The notes: generated by a model from the sequence alone, not told the origin. A stretch of 64,000 bases of DNA from Planctomycetota bacterium (GCA_965223845.1 CBDCXR010000004.1:2720001-2784000), one strand, 5' to 3'. Shown: positions 18,940 to 29,594, numbered from the stretch's first letter. Numbers and translations: made by a program.

Positions 18940-20394
18940 TCACCGCGACGGCGGCAGCGTCCGCTCCCAGCGTTCGAGGGACGCGATCCGCTCCCGGAGC
19001 TCCTCGGCCCGCGTCGTCGCGAGATCGTCCGTCTCGCTCGGGTCCGCATCGAGATCGTAGAGCTCGTAAGTGCGGTCCGGCCGGCGGACGAGCTTGTACC
19101 GCTCGCCCACGAGCGCGGCCCAGCGGCCGTGCCGGAACGGAATCGATCGCGCGCGAGACGAGATCTCACCGTCGATGAGCGGAAGAAGATCGACCCCGTC
19201 GAAGCTCTCGGCGGGAACGCCGCGAAAGCCGACCGCGGCGGCGATGGTCGGGAAGAAGTCGCTCGTTCCGCACGGCACCGTCGTCACGCGGGGGGCGCGA
19301 ATCCGCTCGGGCCAGATGAGAAGGCCCGGAACCCGAACCCCGCCCTCGTAGAGGCTCCGCTTTCTCGCGCGAAGGCCGCCCGTCGTTCCCGGCGTGCGGT
19401 TCTCCGGTCCGTTGTCCGAGCAGAACCAGAGCATCGTATTTCGAGCGACACCGAGCTCGTCGAGACGGCGGCGCAGCCGACCGATCTGGTCATCCATCGC
19501 CGTGATCGCCCCGAAGTAGTGCTGCTCATCCGTCGACAGCCCAGAGTAGAGCTCGAGGTACTTCCCGCCGGCGACGACCGGAAGATGCGGCGTGTGAAAC
19601 CACACCACCGCGAGGAACGGCTTCCCCGCGGCGACCGCGCCCTCGATGAACGGAACCGCGCGATCGACGATGACGCGAGAGTCGTCGCCGCGGACATTGT
19701 CGGTCGCTTGGATCTCGGGTCCCGTCCAGAACCGCGTGCCGTACGGAGACCCAGGCGCGAGTCCCTTCGCACCGGCGCGGGGATGGCAACCCTCCGCGGG
19801 GACGACGAGGGGATCCCAGGTCGGGACCTTGGACTCGGTCGCGAACGACACATCGAAACCGTGCTCCCACGGCGGGGCGTAGACGCGCTCCGAACCGGGT
19901 CCGCCGCGATTGGCGTCTTTCACCTTCGTCGTGAGCGTTCCGAGGTGCCATTTGCCGAAGAAGCCCGTCGCGTAGCCGAGGCTGCCGAGCGCCTCGCCGA
20001 GAGTGACCTCGCGGTCCGGCATCCGCCCCGCGTTCGCACCCGGGATCCCGAGCCGGAGCGGATGCCTTCCGGTGAGCGCACTGCCGCGCGTCGGACTGCA
20101 CACCGGAGCGGCGGAGTAGAACCGCTCGAAGCGGAGACCCTCGCGCGCCATACGGTCGAGGTGCGGAGTCTTCAGTTTCGGGTGGCCGCGGAAACCGACG
20201 TCTCCCCAGCCCTGATCGTCGCTCATGAGGAGAATCACGTTCGGACGCGCGGAAGCGCGGGGCGCGGCGGAGCTCTCGGCGGGCTCTTCCGCGCCGGCAG
20301 ACGCGCCCAAGAGTATCACCGCGACCGCGACGGTCGACCGGACCATCCGTCGCGACCTGAAACTCAAAGCGGCAGCTTTCGGCGAATCGTTCAT
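18940..20394 (-). CDS. Secreted formylglycine-dependent sulfatase
   Basis: RPNVILLMSDDQGWGD, CSPTRGSALTG signature, GKWHLG, SDNG, LYEGGVRVP; signal peptide. Start uncertain. Confidence 0.95.
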   Translation of the reverse strand: MNDSPKAAALSFRSRRMVRSTVAVAVILLGASAGAEEPAESSAAPRASARPNVILLMSDDQGWGDVGFRGHPKLKTPHLDRMAREGLRFERFYSAAPVCSPTRGSALTGRHPLRLGIPGANAGRMPDREVTLGEALGSLGYATGFFGKWHLGTLTTKVKDANRGGPGSERVYAPPWEHGFDVSFATESKVPTWDPLVVPAEGCHPRAGAKGLAPGSPYGTRFWTGPEIQATDNVRGDDSRVIVDRAVPFIEGAVAAGKPFLAVVWFHTPHLPVVAGGKYLELYSGLSTDEQHYFGAITAMDDQIGRLRRRLDELGVARNTMLWFCSDNGPENRTPGTTGGLRARKRSLYEGGVRVPGLLIWPERIRAPRVTTVPCGTSDFFPTIAAAVGFRGVPAESFDGVDLLPLIDGEISSRARSIPFRHGRWAALVGERYKLVRRPDRTYELYDLDADPSETDDLATTRAEELRERIASLERWERTLPPSR

Positions 20395-20456
20395 TCCGCT
20401 ATCGACTCTCGCCGATGTCGACTCCATCCATCAAGAGACGATCGCGGTCCCGAAAC

Positions 20457-20499
20457 GACGCGACCCCGCGCACTCGCTCGGAGCGCGCGGGGTCGTGTC
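20457..20499 (-). terminator. GC-rich hairpin just after the distal secretin gene
   Basis: cgaccccgcgc...gcgcggggtcg inverted repeat 25 nt past the stop; only a short U-run follows. Confidence 0.5.
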
Positions 20500-20524
20500 T
20501 GATGGAACGGCGCAGGAGATCGAC

Positions 20525-23245
20525 TCAGTCGGCCGGATTGAAGATCTGCGTCTCCTGGTGACGGAGATCGACGATGCGCGCGGTCACGAGGATCACGAGG
20601 CTCCGCTTGTCGGAGAACGTCGCCTTCCGGCGGAAGAGGTTGCCGATGATCGGAATGTTTCCGAGGATCGGAATGTACGACTTCATCTTGCCTTCGTCGA
20701 GGCTCTTGAAGCCGCCGAGCATCACCGTACCGCCGTTCGGCACCGTCACCGACGTGAACGACTGCTGGAGCTTGATCTCGGGGATTCCGATCGGCACCTG
20801 GAACGCGACGTTCGTGAAGCTTCCGAGGCTGATGTTGATCGTGCTGATCACACCGCCGATCAGGGTCGCGAGCGTCGGCCGGACGTCCATCGTGACGTAC
20901 TTCTTGTCGTGCGAGATCACCGGCTCGACGTCGAGGATCACACCCTCCTGAAAGGTCTGCACGACCGGGTCGGCGACCTCGATGATCGCGAAGCCGGTAC
21001 CACCGGACACGAGCTCGTAGTCGGCAATGTACGCACGCTGCGTGATCACCGAGACGTACACGCGCTGGCCGTTCGCCGCGGTGATGATCGGCGCGGTGAG
21101 GGTCCGCACGTCCGCGCGCTCCTGGACGGCGCGGAGAATGGTGTTGATCTGGAACGGCTCGAGCCACGTCTGCTGGACCGTCAGGCCGCCGACGCCGCCG
21201 CCCGCATTGAGCGCGCCGTTCTGGCGGAAGCTGCCGGTGAAGCTGTCGATGATGTGCTGCACGCGGCCGGCCCACCGATCCTGTCCCATGATCAGGGTGA
21301 CGTCGCGCGTCGGGCTTCCTTGCTTGACGAAACCGAGATCTTGACCACCCGTGCGCGCGTCGTTGACGACGTTTCCGAAGGGGACACCGTAGTTGTTCAC
21401 GACACCGAGGGCGCGGGAGTCGATCCCGATGTCCTCGAGGAAGTTGTCGTCGATCTCGATGAACCGCGCCTCGATCACGACGAAGAGGTCCGAGTCCTTC
21501 CGAAGGTTCTCGAGGACGGTCTCGATGCGCGAGTGCATGTCGAGAGTTCCGGTCACGAGGAGGTTCCCCGTGTGGTACTCCATCGTGTTCACTTCGCCCC
21601 ACTCGTCGTCGCCGCCGGTACTCTCTCGGATGAGATCCTGGAGCTGATCGGGATCGAGCTCCGAACCTTCCTCCTCGGACTCCGCGATGAACGAGATCGC
21701 CTCGCCGCTGTCCTGATCGTTCGGTCCGCGAAGGATCAGCTCGGGGCCGGTGAAGTCGCGGATCTTATTGAGGATGTCCGAGACGTTGTAAATCCGGAAC
21801 GTCGTGTCACCCGCGACCGGGCTGTCCGCCGGAGTGATGTAGAGGACGTTGTCGCGGAACGTGTACGCGAGTCCGGCTCGGTCGAGGAGCAGGTTGAGCG
21901 CTTCGCGCGCCGACAGCCCTTGAACCTCGAGGGAGACGTTCGTTTCGTCGAGGCCGACGTCCGGATGGACGCCGATGTTGATCCCGAGGAGATCGCGAAT
22001 CTGGTTCACCACCTCGCCGAGCGGCTCGTCGTCAAACGAGAAGTCGACCTTTTGATCGTTGAGGACCGCCTTGATCCGCGTGATCTCTTCGGACTCCTCG
22101 AACGTGTCGAACTGGAGATCCTTGATCCGCTGCCGCGCGCGGTGCCAGTCCTCTTCGCCCGGGAACACGAACACGTTGTCGTACGGAATCCCGGCAGTCT
22201 TGAACGCCTGGTCGAGGAGCTCGCGATTGCTCAAGCGGTCCTCGATCAACTTCTGCCGGCGCTGCTTCAGCAGCTGATCGTGCGCATCGGCACGCCAGAA
22301 TTGGGCGATCCGGTTGCCGGGATCGAGCTCGAGGATTCGATCGCAGGCTTCGATCGCCTTTCGGTACTGGCGATTCGCGATCAGAGCGTGCGATTTTCTG
22401 AGCAGGATCTGCACGCGGTCGCGGCGGATGCGCTCGGTCCTCTCGAGCTCTTGCAGCGCGGCGTCTTCGGCCGCTGCGAGCTCGGAGGTGCGTCGCTCGT
22501 CGTCCTTCCGCGCGCGCTCGCGCCGCACCGTCTCGAGGAAGTTGCGTGCGCTCCGCGCCGAGCTCGCGTCGAAGTCCGGCATCCGGTCGATGGCGTTCAC
22601 CGCGAGCGCCGTGAGGCGCTCCGCCTCCTCGACATCGCCGGCGTCGAACGCGGCCCGCGCTCGCTCGAGATTGTTGCTGATCTGGGCGCGCTGCTGATCG
22701 TCGCGGACGCGTTCCTTTCGGCGGATGTCGTCGCTCACGGCCCCGATGGTGCCGGTGCGCTCACCGGTGAAAAGAAGCGCTTCGTTGAGACGGGAACGAG
22801 CTCCTTCGAGGCTCGGGTCGAGGTCGAGCGCGCGGCGGTAGTGCTCCGCTGCCTTCTCGTACTCGAGCCGCTCGAAGAATCCGTCGCCGACTTCGGCGAG
22901 GACGCGCGCTTCCTGGCGCCGAATCGAGAGCTGCTCGCGCAGGTCGTCGAGGACGGCTTCGGTCCCCGTCGCGCGCGCCCGCGGTGCCGGCGAGTCTTCG
23001 AGAGCGACTTCCGGCTCGTCGTCGAGCTCGGGAAGTTCCGGCTCGTCGGACGGAGCGGCCGCCTCGACGGATTCATCGGCCGTTTCGCGGTCCTGTCCGC
23101 CCGTCAGGGACATCTGGCGCTGCGCCTTCAGGCGGCGGTCGCGGATCGAGTCGGAGCTGCCGCAACCGACCGCGAGGAAGATCACCGCGAGGAGGCTAAG
23201 CCCCAACGCGGTTCCTCGTTCGGCTCTGAGTTTCTGCGTCCTCAT
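20525..23245 (-). CDS. Secretin-family outer-membrane lipoprotein (GspD/PilQ-like) with TPRs, paralog B
   Basis: Lipobox-like LAVGC; TPR region; N0/STN-like FDDEPLGEVV; VIEARFIEIDDNFLEDIG; secretin signature TSVTVPNGGTVMLGG...IPILGNIPIIGNLF...LVILVTARI. Confidence 0.88.
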   Translation of the reverse strand: MRTQKLRAERGTALGLSLLAVIFLAVGCGSSDSIRDRRLKAQRQMSLTGGQDRETADESVEAAAPSDEPELPELDDEPEVALEDSPAPRARATGTEAVLDDLREQLSIRRQEARVLAEVGDGFFERLEYEKAAEHYRRALDLDPSLEGARSRLNEALLFTGERTGTIGAVSDDIRRKERVRDDQQRAQISNNLERARAAFDAGDVEEAERLTALAVNAIDRMPDFDASSARSARNFLETVRRERARKDDERRTSELAAAEDAALQELERTERIRRDRVQILLRKSHALIANRQYRKAIEACDRILELDPGNRIAQFWRADAHDQLLKQRRQKLIEDRLSNRELLDQAFKTAGIPYDNVFVFPGEEDWHRARQRIKDLQFDTFEESEEITRIKAVLNDQKVDFSFDDEPLGEVVNQIRDLLGINIGVHPDVGLDETNVSLEVQGLSAREALNLLLDRAGLAYTFRDNVLYITPADSPVAGDTTFRIYNVSDILNKIRDFTGPELILRGPNDQDSGEAISFIAESEEEGSELDPDQLQDLIRESTGGDDEWGEVNTMEYHTGNLLVTGTLDMHSRIETVLENLRKDSDLFVVIEARFIEIDDNFLEDIGIDSRALGVVNNYGVPFGNVVNDARTGGQDLGFVKQGSPTRDVTLIMGQDRWAGRVQHIIDSFTGSFRQNGALNAGGGVGGLTVQQTWLEPFQINTILRAVQERADVRTLTAPIITAANGQRVYVSVITQRAYIADYELVSGGTGFAIIEVADPVVQTFQEGVILDVEPVISHDKKYVTMDVRPTLATLIGGVISTINISLGSFTNVAFQVPIGIPEIKLQQSFTSVTVPNGGTVMLGGFKSLDEGKMKSYIPILGNIPIIGNLFRRKATFSDKRSLVILVTARIVDLRHQETQIFNPAD

Positions 23246-23379
23246 GAGAGGTCTCCTTTGGGGTGGCTCGAGCCCGATCGTTCGCGGGCCTCTCGCGCCA
23301 CCGTTCGGTGGGATAAAAATCTAAGCGTTGCTGCGCAAAAACGTGATTCTCTTCGAATGGATACTTTGGAGCCGCCCCT

Positions 23380-23976
23380 TCAGGTGTCGTAGTCGTGCTC
23401 TTCAGCCGTCAGCGACACATCGCTGATCCCGAGGCGCTTGCAGATGTCGAGGATGTTGACAACCGACTGCCACGGCACTTGATTCTCGAAGTTGATCTCG
23501 ACCGGGAGCCCCTTGTCGCTCGCACCGGCACTCTCGAAGCGCTGGTGGCGGTACTGGAGGTACTGCTCGACCTCGCGGAAGTCCGGCGACGCGTAGTCGT
23601 AGCGAACAATGCCGCCCTCCGTCGCGTTCTCCATGCGCGTCTCGGTATGCCAGGAACCGTCGGTCAGCTGCTTCGCGTTGGGATCGAACGGGAAGGTGAA
23701 CTGCTGCCGCGTGTCCCCGTTCATCTGGTAGTTGAGCGTCGTGCAAAGCACCTTTCCGGCTTTGTCCCAAGCGAGGTAGAAGGCCACCTGATCCGAAAGC
23801 ACGGGAGGTGGTCCACTCGAGACACCGCGATCCTTGGGAAGATAGGCCTGGAGCTGCCCCTCGAACGCGATGAACTTCGCCGTGAGGACGAAGAAGATGA
23901 GAAGCTGGAAGATGATGTCGATCATCGGCGTCAGGTCCGGCTTCTGATCTTCCGTCGAACGCTCTCGAAGCTTCAT
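23380..23976 (-). CDS. exbD: ExbD/TolR-family protein
   Basis: PDLTPMIDIIFQLLIFFVLT with the conserved TM Asp; VPWQSVVNILDICKRLGI. Confidence 0.88.
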   Translation of the reverse strand: MKLRERSTEDQKPDLTPMIDIIFQLLIFFVLTAKFIAFEGQLQAYLPKDRGVSSGPPPVLSDQVAFYLAWDKAGKVLCTTLNYQMNGDTRQQFTFPFDPNAKQLTDGSWHTETRMENATEGGIVRYDYASPDFREVEQYLQYRHQRFESAGASDKGLPVEINFENQVPWQSVVNILDICKRLGISDVSLTAEEHDYDT

Positions 23977-24058
23977 GAGAACCTCCCGTGGACGCGCTCT
24001 TCTCTCGCCACTCGCGGCGTTCTAGTTTCTCGTTTCATTGCAATCACTGTACCGCCCC

Positions 24059-24574
24059 TCACTCCGGGTCGATCGACGCGACAATCACGCGGTAGATCCC
24101 CGCCTGCCCGCACGCCCAAAACACGTCGCGCGTGAATTCCGCGCGGACGCCGCGGTCGCCGCGGACGAGCACTTTCAGCTTGGAGAGTTTCTTGCCGCTC
24201 GGCCCCGGCTCGAAGCCGTTTCCGCGACCGGCCGGGGGAGGTTCGCGGTCGTACCGCGCCTCCTCCTTCAGCCGAGCGAGGAGCTCTTCTTTCTTCAGCG
24301 TCTCGCCCCCGAACCGGATCAGCCCGGCCCGCTCTCCCCGGTCCTTCGCGAGGCCCTCGGGGTCGCGGACGATGTTGATGATGAGCGGGGCGGACGTCGC
24401 ACCGCCGCCCTCCTGCTGCTCCTCACCCTCGAGCGCCACCGGCAACTCGACCTCTTCCACCTGGACCGTGATCTTGGTCGTCAGGATGAAAAAGAGGATG
24501 AGGAGGAACACGCAATCGATGAGCGGCGTCATGTCGGGCGTCGCTCGCTCGGGTTCTCGTGTTCGCAGCTTCAC
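24059..24574 (-). CDS. exbD: ExbD/TolR-family protein
   Basis: PDMTPLIDCVFLLILFFILT; VLVRGDR...VFWACGQAGI; GAGG RBS before the GTG. Confidence 0.9.
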   Translation of the reverse strand: MKLRTREPERATPDMTPLIDCVFLLILFFILTTKITVQVEEVELPVALEGEEQQEGGGATSAPLIINIVRDPEGLAKDRGERAGLIRFGGETLKKEELLARLKEEARYDREPPPAGRGNGFEPGPSGKKLSKLKVLVRGDRGVRAEFTRDVFWACGQAGIYRVIVASIDPE

Positions 24575-24608
24575 GGTTCGTTCCTCTCCGTTTCGAATGA
24601 GGTCGGTC

Positions 24609-25382
24609 TCAGGATGACTTGAACCTTCCGACGATCTCTTCGGCGATCCCGCCCACCTCGAGGACGACGTGGACGACGCGGTTCTTGAAGACCGTGTAGA
24701 GAACGGTCATCGGAATCGCGACCAGAAGCCCGAGGAACGTTGTCACGAGCGCGGTCGAGATACCGCTCGCGAGCTCGTTCGGCTTCGGCTGGACTTCCGC
24801 GCCGGCGATCGTGTTGAACGTCAGGATCATTCCGTAGACGGTACCGAAGAGGCCGAGCATCGGGGAGACGGCCGCGATCAGAGCGAGGTAGCCCACCTTT
24901 TGGTGGAGCTTCGTCGTCTCGAGCTCGCCGGCCTCTTCCATCGCCCGCTGCATCTCCTCGTAGCCGTCGTCGACTCGCTCGAGGCCCGACGCGAGGATGG
25001 CCGAGAGGAAGGAAGGATTGGCCTCGCAGACGTGGAACGCCTCGTCGTGCTCGCCGTCGTCGAGAAGCCCTTCGACCTGCTCGAGGACGTCGGGTGGGAT
25101 CAGAGCGTCGCGCTTGATCTGAAACGCGAACGTGATCGCGAGCGAGAACCCGACCACCGAACAAATCAGGATAATGAATCCGATCACGCCACCGTCGGTG
25201 ACGTAGGTGAGGGCGCTCTTCGTCGGCGCCGCGGTCTCCTGCGCGAATACGGTGTCACCGCCCGCGACGAACCAAAAGAGCGCCACGGCGGCGATCGAGC
25301 ACAAAAACGCGCACACCATTCGGCGCGCTCCGATCCCGCCGCGCCCGAGAATGGGCGTGTCGGCGATCCATTTCCGCTGCAT
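24609..25382 (-). CDS. exbB: MotA/TolQ/ExbB proton-channel protein
   Basis: SPMLGLFGTVYGMI...F...LASGISTALVTTFLGLLVAIP. GAGGAG RBS before ATG 25382; N-terminal signal-like segment. Confidence 0.92.
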   Translation of the reverse strand: MQRKWIADTPILGRGGIGARRMVCAFLCSIAAVALFWFVAGGDTVFAQETAAPTKSALTYVTDGGVIGFIILICSVVGFSLAITFAFQIKRDALIPPDVLEQVEGLLDDGEHDEAFHVCEANPSFLSAILASGLERVDDGYEEMQRAMEEAGELETTKLHQKVGYLALIAAVSPMLGLFGTVYGMILTFNTIAGAEVQPKPNELASGISTALVTTFLGLLVAIPMTVLYTVFKNRVVHVVLEVGGIAEEIVGRFKSS

Positions 25383-25439
25383 ATCTGAACTCCTCGTCGA
25401 TCTCTCTGAATTCACGGCCGGCTCAAACCAAGGTTGCAG

Positions 25440-26495
25440 TCAACTCTCATTGCCACGGGCGCGCGCTGCCCACTCCGACGCGCGATCCTTGTTGCCGAGG
25501 CTTTCGTACACTTTGGCCAGCGCTGCTGCCGTTCGGCGCTGGATCGGCCATTCCTTCGGGTAGAGCGCGGCGACGCGCAAAAACCAAATTTCTGCCTTTT
25601 GAAGATTCTCTCGGCCCCCGAGCCCGATGTGCGCCCGACCGACGAGGTAGGTCGCTTCGGCTCGGTGACTGTCGTAACGAAACTCGCGCACGCGCGAGGA
25701 ATCGAAGAACACGGAGTCGAGCTCCTTGATCGCGCGGTCGAACTGCTTTCGCGCGATGAAAATCCGACTGCGAAGAGTGTAGGCTTCGTGCCGGAGAGCG
25801 AACGGGATCGAACGATCGCGGGTAACGTTGTTCAGCGCCCGCGTCGCCGCTTCGTACTGTCCCTCCGCCTTCGACTCGATCGCCGCGCGGGCGCGGCCGA
25901 TCACGGCGCGCGACCCCCACTGGCCGCCGAACTGCTCGAGCGATTTGAAGGTCGTCGCGGCGGCGGAGCCATCGCCGAGAGCGGTCTGGGCGAGCCCGAG
26001 CTCGTAGACGGCACTCGGGAGCCACCAGTCCTTTTCGGCCTCCGCCGCTTGAACGTACTTTTGCAGCTGCGTTACGGCTTCGTTGTGCTTCCCCGCCTCG
26101 GCGAGTGCACGTCCGAGAAGGTACGACGCCTCGAGCTTCTCCCAGTTCTGGCCCCCGCTCGACACGCGCTCGAGCCGTCGCACGGCGTCGGCGTACCGCC
26201 CCGCGGTGAGCGACTTCCGTGCTTCGGACAGATCGCGACTCTGGGCCGCGCGAGTGATCGACGCGACGGTCGCGCCCTTCACGCTCTGCACACTCTTTGA
26301 CCGTCCCTGCCGGAACTGAATCGTGTCCCACTGCGCGCGGACGATCTCCACGTCGTCCAGCGTCTGGCCGTTGAGCTGCTCGATCGTGTCGGCGCGCGCG
26401 CTGACGGCAGCGACCCCGGCGACGATCAACGCTGCGGCGGCGCAGCGGCGAAACCGACCCATCGTGCTTCGGTAATCCATCGTCCTCGAACTCAT
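25440..26495 (-). CDS. Secreted TPR protein
   Basis: Signal peptide (SARA/DT), TPR helices (ASYLLGRAL, AVYELGLAQ, ATYLVGRAH), FLRVAALYP; start overlaps the upstream stop. Confidence 0.8.
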   Translation of the reverse strand: MSSRTMDYRSTMGRFRRCAAAALIVAGVAAVSARADTIEQLNGQTLDDVEIVRAQWDTIQFRQGRSKSVQSVKGATVASITRAAQSRDLSEARKSLTAGRYADAVRRLERVSSGGQNWEKLEASYLLGRALAEAGKHNEAVTQLQKYVQAAEAEKDWWLPSAVYELGLAQTALGDGSAAATTFKSLEQFGGQWGSRAVIGRARAAIESKAEGQYEAATRALNNVTRDRSIPFALRHEAYTLRSRIFIARKQFDRAIKELDSVFFDSSRVREFRYDSHRAEATYLVGRAHIGLGGRENLQKAEIWFLRVAALYPKEWPIQRRTAAALAKVYESLGNKDRASEWAARARGNES

Positions 26496-29431
26496 AGTCC
26501 CTTCTCTTCCTTCGCCCGCTCCAAGATCTGGAGGAAATCACTCTTCTTTCCGCCCATATCCGAGGCGGTTCGGGGCTCGATGATCCGAATGATCTCACCG
26601 AACTTGTTCGCATCGCCCGCCGAGCCGAGGAAGAGCTTCAGCTTCATCAGGGTCAGGGTCCAATCCCAGAAGGTCTGATCAAGCGACTGCGCGAGCGCTT
26701 GGAGCTCCGGGTTCTGCACGGCTTGCGCGGCAACGCTCTTCGACCGAGCCTCCATGAGCGAGCAAGCCCAGTCGTAATACTTCTCCGCGGAGAGCGCTCG
26801 CGAAGTGTTGAGCTTCCCGCTCGTTCGGTAGATCTCACCCAGGTCGCGATAGACGTACGGGTCTTCCTCGTTCCGGCCCTTCCCGGGCGAGAACTCCTTG
26901 ATGTACGCCTTGAGAGTCTTGACTGCGTCCGAGCGATCTCCCTTCGCGCGCTCCACTCGCGCGGCGACGAGGAGATATTGCCGCCGGACTTCGGGCTCCT
27001 TCGCCGAGCGGTGCTTCTTGACGCGGTCGGCGAATTGCCCCGCCGCCTTCAGGAAGGCGGTTCTACGCTTTCGACTCCCGGACTCGACCGCGCCGGCGGC
27101 GAGACGCGACGCGACCATGAGAAGCGCATCGACATCCTTGAGGTCGTCGGCCGAGCGAGGATTGAGCGCGTAGTAGAGGGTGTGGAGTGCGGTCTCGTCT
27201 GCGTTCCCGAGATCGTTGAAGCAGTCCGCGACGTTCAGCGCCGCGTACCCGAGGACTGGTTCGTCCGAGCAGGTCTTTCGGATGGAGGCGAGCTGATCTT
27301 TCGCCTTGTCACACTCGCCGGTGCGAGCGAGGCAGAGAGCGTAGTAGGCGACTCCGGTGCACCGGGAGTCCGAGTCCTCGAGCTCACTCGCGAAGCGACC
27401 GAACGCCGTCGCCGCTTCCGGCCACTCACGCTTCAGGTAGTGCGTTTGCCCGAGGGCGAGAGTCGCCGTCGCCGCGCCCGCCTCGTCGCCGGCCGCGAGC
27501 GCCTTTCCGTAGATGTCCCCGAGACTCGCGACCGCCGCCGCGAGCTCGTCCTCCCACGGGTTCTCCTCGCCTTCGAAGCGGCTCCAAAGCTCGTAGATCA
27601 TCGCTTCCGCGCTCGCCTGCGCGCGCCAGTAGAACGGGACGGCGTTCTTCTTGCCGTCCTTCTCCACGAACTCTGGCACTTCCTGGTAGCGCTTCCGCGC
27701 CTGCTCGAAGCGACCGTCCTTCGCGGCTTGGTCGGCCTCGATCAGCGTCGCCCGATGCGCCTCGAAACCACCACCTTCGAGCCGGTCGAAGAGGGTCTTC
27801 GCCTGATCATTGAGACGAGTCACCTCGGCATGAGCGGTGGCGTTCGGTGTGTTCTGAACGGTCTTCGTCGCGGCCGCGAGGAAATTCCGCGCCGACTTGC
27901 TCGCGAGCTCACTCGAGCCGAGCGCACCGCCGAAAACGTCGAACAGCTCGGCGTAGGCCACCGCGGACTCGTGGAAACGCCCGAGGAGGAAGAGCGCCTC
28001 TCCGATCTCACTCAGACAGATCGGACCGTAGGTCATGAACTCGCGCGGCGACAAGACGCCGAGCGCGGTTTGGAACGTCGTGAGCGCATCTTCCCAGCGA
28101 AGCTCCGCCTTCAGCCCCTGGGCCGCCTGATAGTAGTCCTGTCCCCGAAGAGTCACGCCCTTGATCAGAGCGACGCGCCCGAGCGCCTTCCGCGCGTCGA
28201 TGACGTAGGCTTCGGCGGCAGCGTCACCGTCGTACGCCTCGATGATCTTGTGGATGCTGTCGAGACCCCGCTCGACTTCGCCGTCGCCAGCGAGAGCTAC
28301 CGCGTGCTCGAGGCGCGTGAGGATCGCGAACTGCCGCAGAGTAGGATCGCCTTCGGCGGTCGAGAGATCGAGCTGGTCGTTCTTTCTCTCGGTGAGAACG
28401 AAGTTCTCTATGGCGAGTCGCGCCTTCTGGTAGTCGCCCGCGGCGTTCGCAGCGCGGGATCCGAAGAGAATCGCCTTGATTCGCAGGTCCTTGAACGCGG
28501 CGACGATCGCAGGCTTGTACGGCCGCGCCGAGAGCGGTTCGATGTCGTAGAGAATGCTCAGGTGGTCGTACGCCAGTAGGTTCTGTCCGAGCTCGTAGGC
28601 GATGATTCCGCGCTTCAACTGCGCGTCGTACTCCATCACGTAGAACTCCGAGCGGTTCTCGACGAAGAAGTCCGCAAAGGCAAGCGCCTCTTCGAGCGTC
28701 TTCTTCCGCTCCCCGGAGCCCCGCGGCCATTCGCGTCCGTATCGCGTGTAGAACTCGATCCGGGCGAGCTCGGCCTGGTTCCGAATGACCAGAAGCGCGT
28801 CCGCGGCCTCCGCTTCAGCCCCAGCGATCTTCGCATCGGCGTCCTTGATCTGCGCCTCGATCGCCGGCACTACCTGCTCGGAGAAGGTCTTCTTCGCACG
28901 CGTACGCAGCTTCGTGGCCTGCTCGGGCGTCCTCGAGGCGACGAACAGATCCCGGAGCGCGTTCTGAAGCGTGCTCTCGATCGTTTGCAGTCCGCCGACG
29001 GACGCTCGGCCGTGATCGGGAAACTTTCGCTGAAACTCCTTGAGCGCGGCGGCGAAGCCTTCTTCGTCACCCTTCGCCTTGAGGAGATCGAGCCGGTAAC
29101 TCTCTGTCTGGGCGAGGTCGTTCTCGCTCAGCCCTCGGCTCTCCGCCTTCGCGGCGAGCCAGCGCTCCGCGGTGTCGTAGTAGCGGAGCTCCCGGATGAG
29201 AAAGTCGGCGAACTTGCGATCCTGCTGCGTCCAAGCGCCGCCAAACGGCGTCGTATCGCTCTGCGCGGCGCCGAGGCCACCCGGAGCGGCAAGGAGCGCC
29301 GCAACGACGAGTCCCGCGACCAAGGCGCAGGGTCGAGCCGACGTCCGCCCATAGCGCGGGCGCCGAACCGGAAATGAGACGACGTCAGATCCGACGTCCC
29401 AAACAGCGTGCGCGCGTCGAGTGAGCTTCAT
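26492..29431 (-). CDS. Large secreted all-alpha / TPR-like protein
   Basis: ~980 aa ORF, hydrophobic signal segment LVAGLVVAALLAA, TPR-like repeats. Start uncertain (29503, 29431 or later). Confidence 0.75.
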   Translation of the reverse strand: MKLTRRAHAVWDVGSDVVSFPVRRPRYGRTSARPCALVAGLVVAALLAAPGGLGAAQSDTTPFGGAWTQQDRKFADFLIRELRYYDTAERWLAAKAESRGLSENDLAQTESYRLDLLKAKGDEEGFAAALKEFQRKFPDHGRASVGGLQTIESTLQNALRDLFVASRTPEQATKLRTRAKKTFSEQVVPAIEAQIKDADAKIAGAEAEAADALLVIRNQAELARIEFYTRYGREWPRGSGERKKTLEEALAFADFFVENRSEFYVMEYDAQLKRGIIAYELGQNLLAYDHLSILYDIEPLSARPYKPAIVAAFKDLRIKAILFGSRAANAAGDYQKARLAIENFVLTERKNDQLDLSTAEGDPTLRQFAILTRLEHAVALAGDGEVERGLDSIHKIIEAYDGDAAAEAYVIDARKALGRVALIKGVTLRGQDYYQAAQGLKAELRWEDALTTFQTALGVLSPREFMTYGPICLSEIGEALFLLGRFHESAVAYAELFDVFGGALGSSELASKSARNFLAAATKTVQNTPNATAHAEVTRLNDQAKTLFDRLEGGGFEAHRATLIEADQAAKDGRFEQARKRYQEVPEFVEKDGKKNAVPFYWRAQASAEAMIYELWSRFEGEENPWEDELAAAVASLGDIYGKALAAGDEAGAATATLALGQTHYLKREWPEAATAFGRFASELEDSDSRCTGVAYYALCLARTGECDKAKDQLASIRKTCSDEPVLGYAALNVADCFNDLGNADETALHTLYYALNPRSADDLKDVDALLMVASRLAAGAVESGSRKRRTAFLKAAGQFADRVKKHRSAKEPEVRRQYLLVAARVERAKGDRSDAVKTLKAYIKEFSPGKGRNEEDPYVYRDLGEIYRTSGKLNTSRALSAEKYYDWACSLMEARSKSVAAQAVQNPELQALAQSLDQTFWDWTLTLMKLKLFLGSAGDANKFGEIIRIIEPRTASDMGGKKSDFLQILERAKEEKGL

Positions 29432-29594
29432 TCCTTGATCGATCACTTCGGTCACCGGACCAGCATCTCCCCACGTCTCCACTTCTCTTCGCATCTCTTC
29501 CACCGTTGAAGTCGCGAACTTCCGAGACGCCGCGTGCCCGTCACCGCCGCTCGGGCGATCACGGGCACGTGGCGAAACATCGTCGCGCCGAAAA

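Noticed and set aside
20225-23392. Very long plus-strand ORFs (e.g. 20225-23392, 29625-32252, 35271-37607, 9343-11643)
   Set aside because: Antisense shadows of motif-bearing minus-strand genes, expected from high-GC codon bias.
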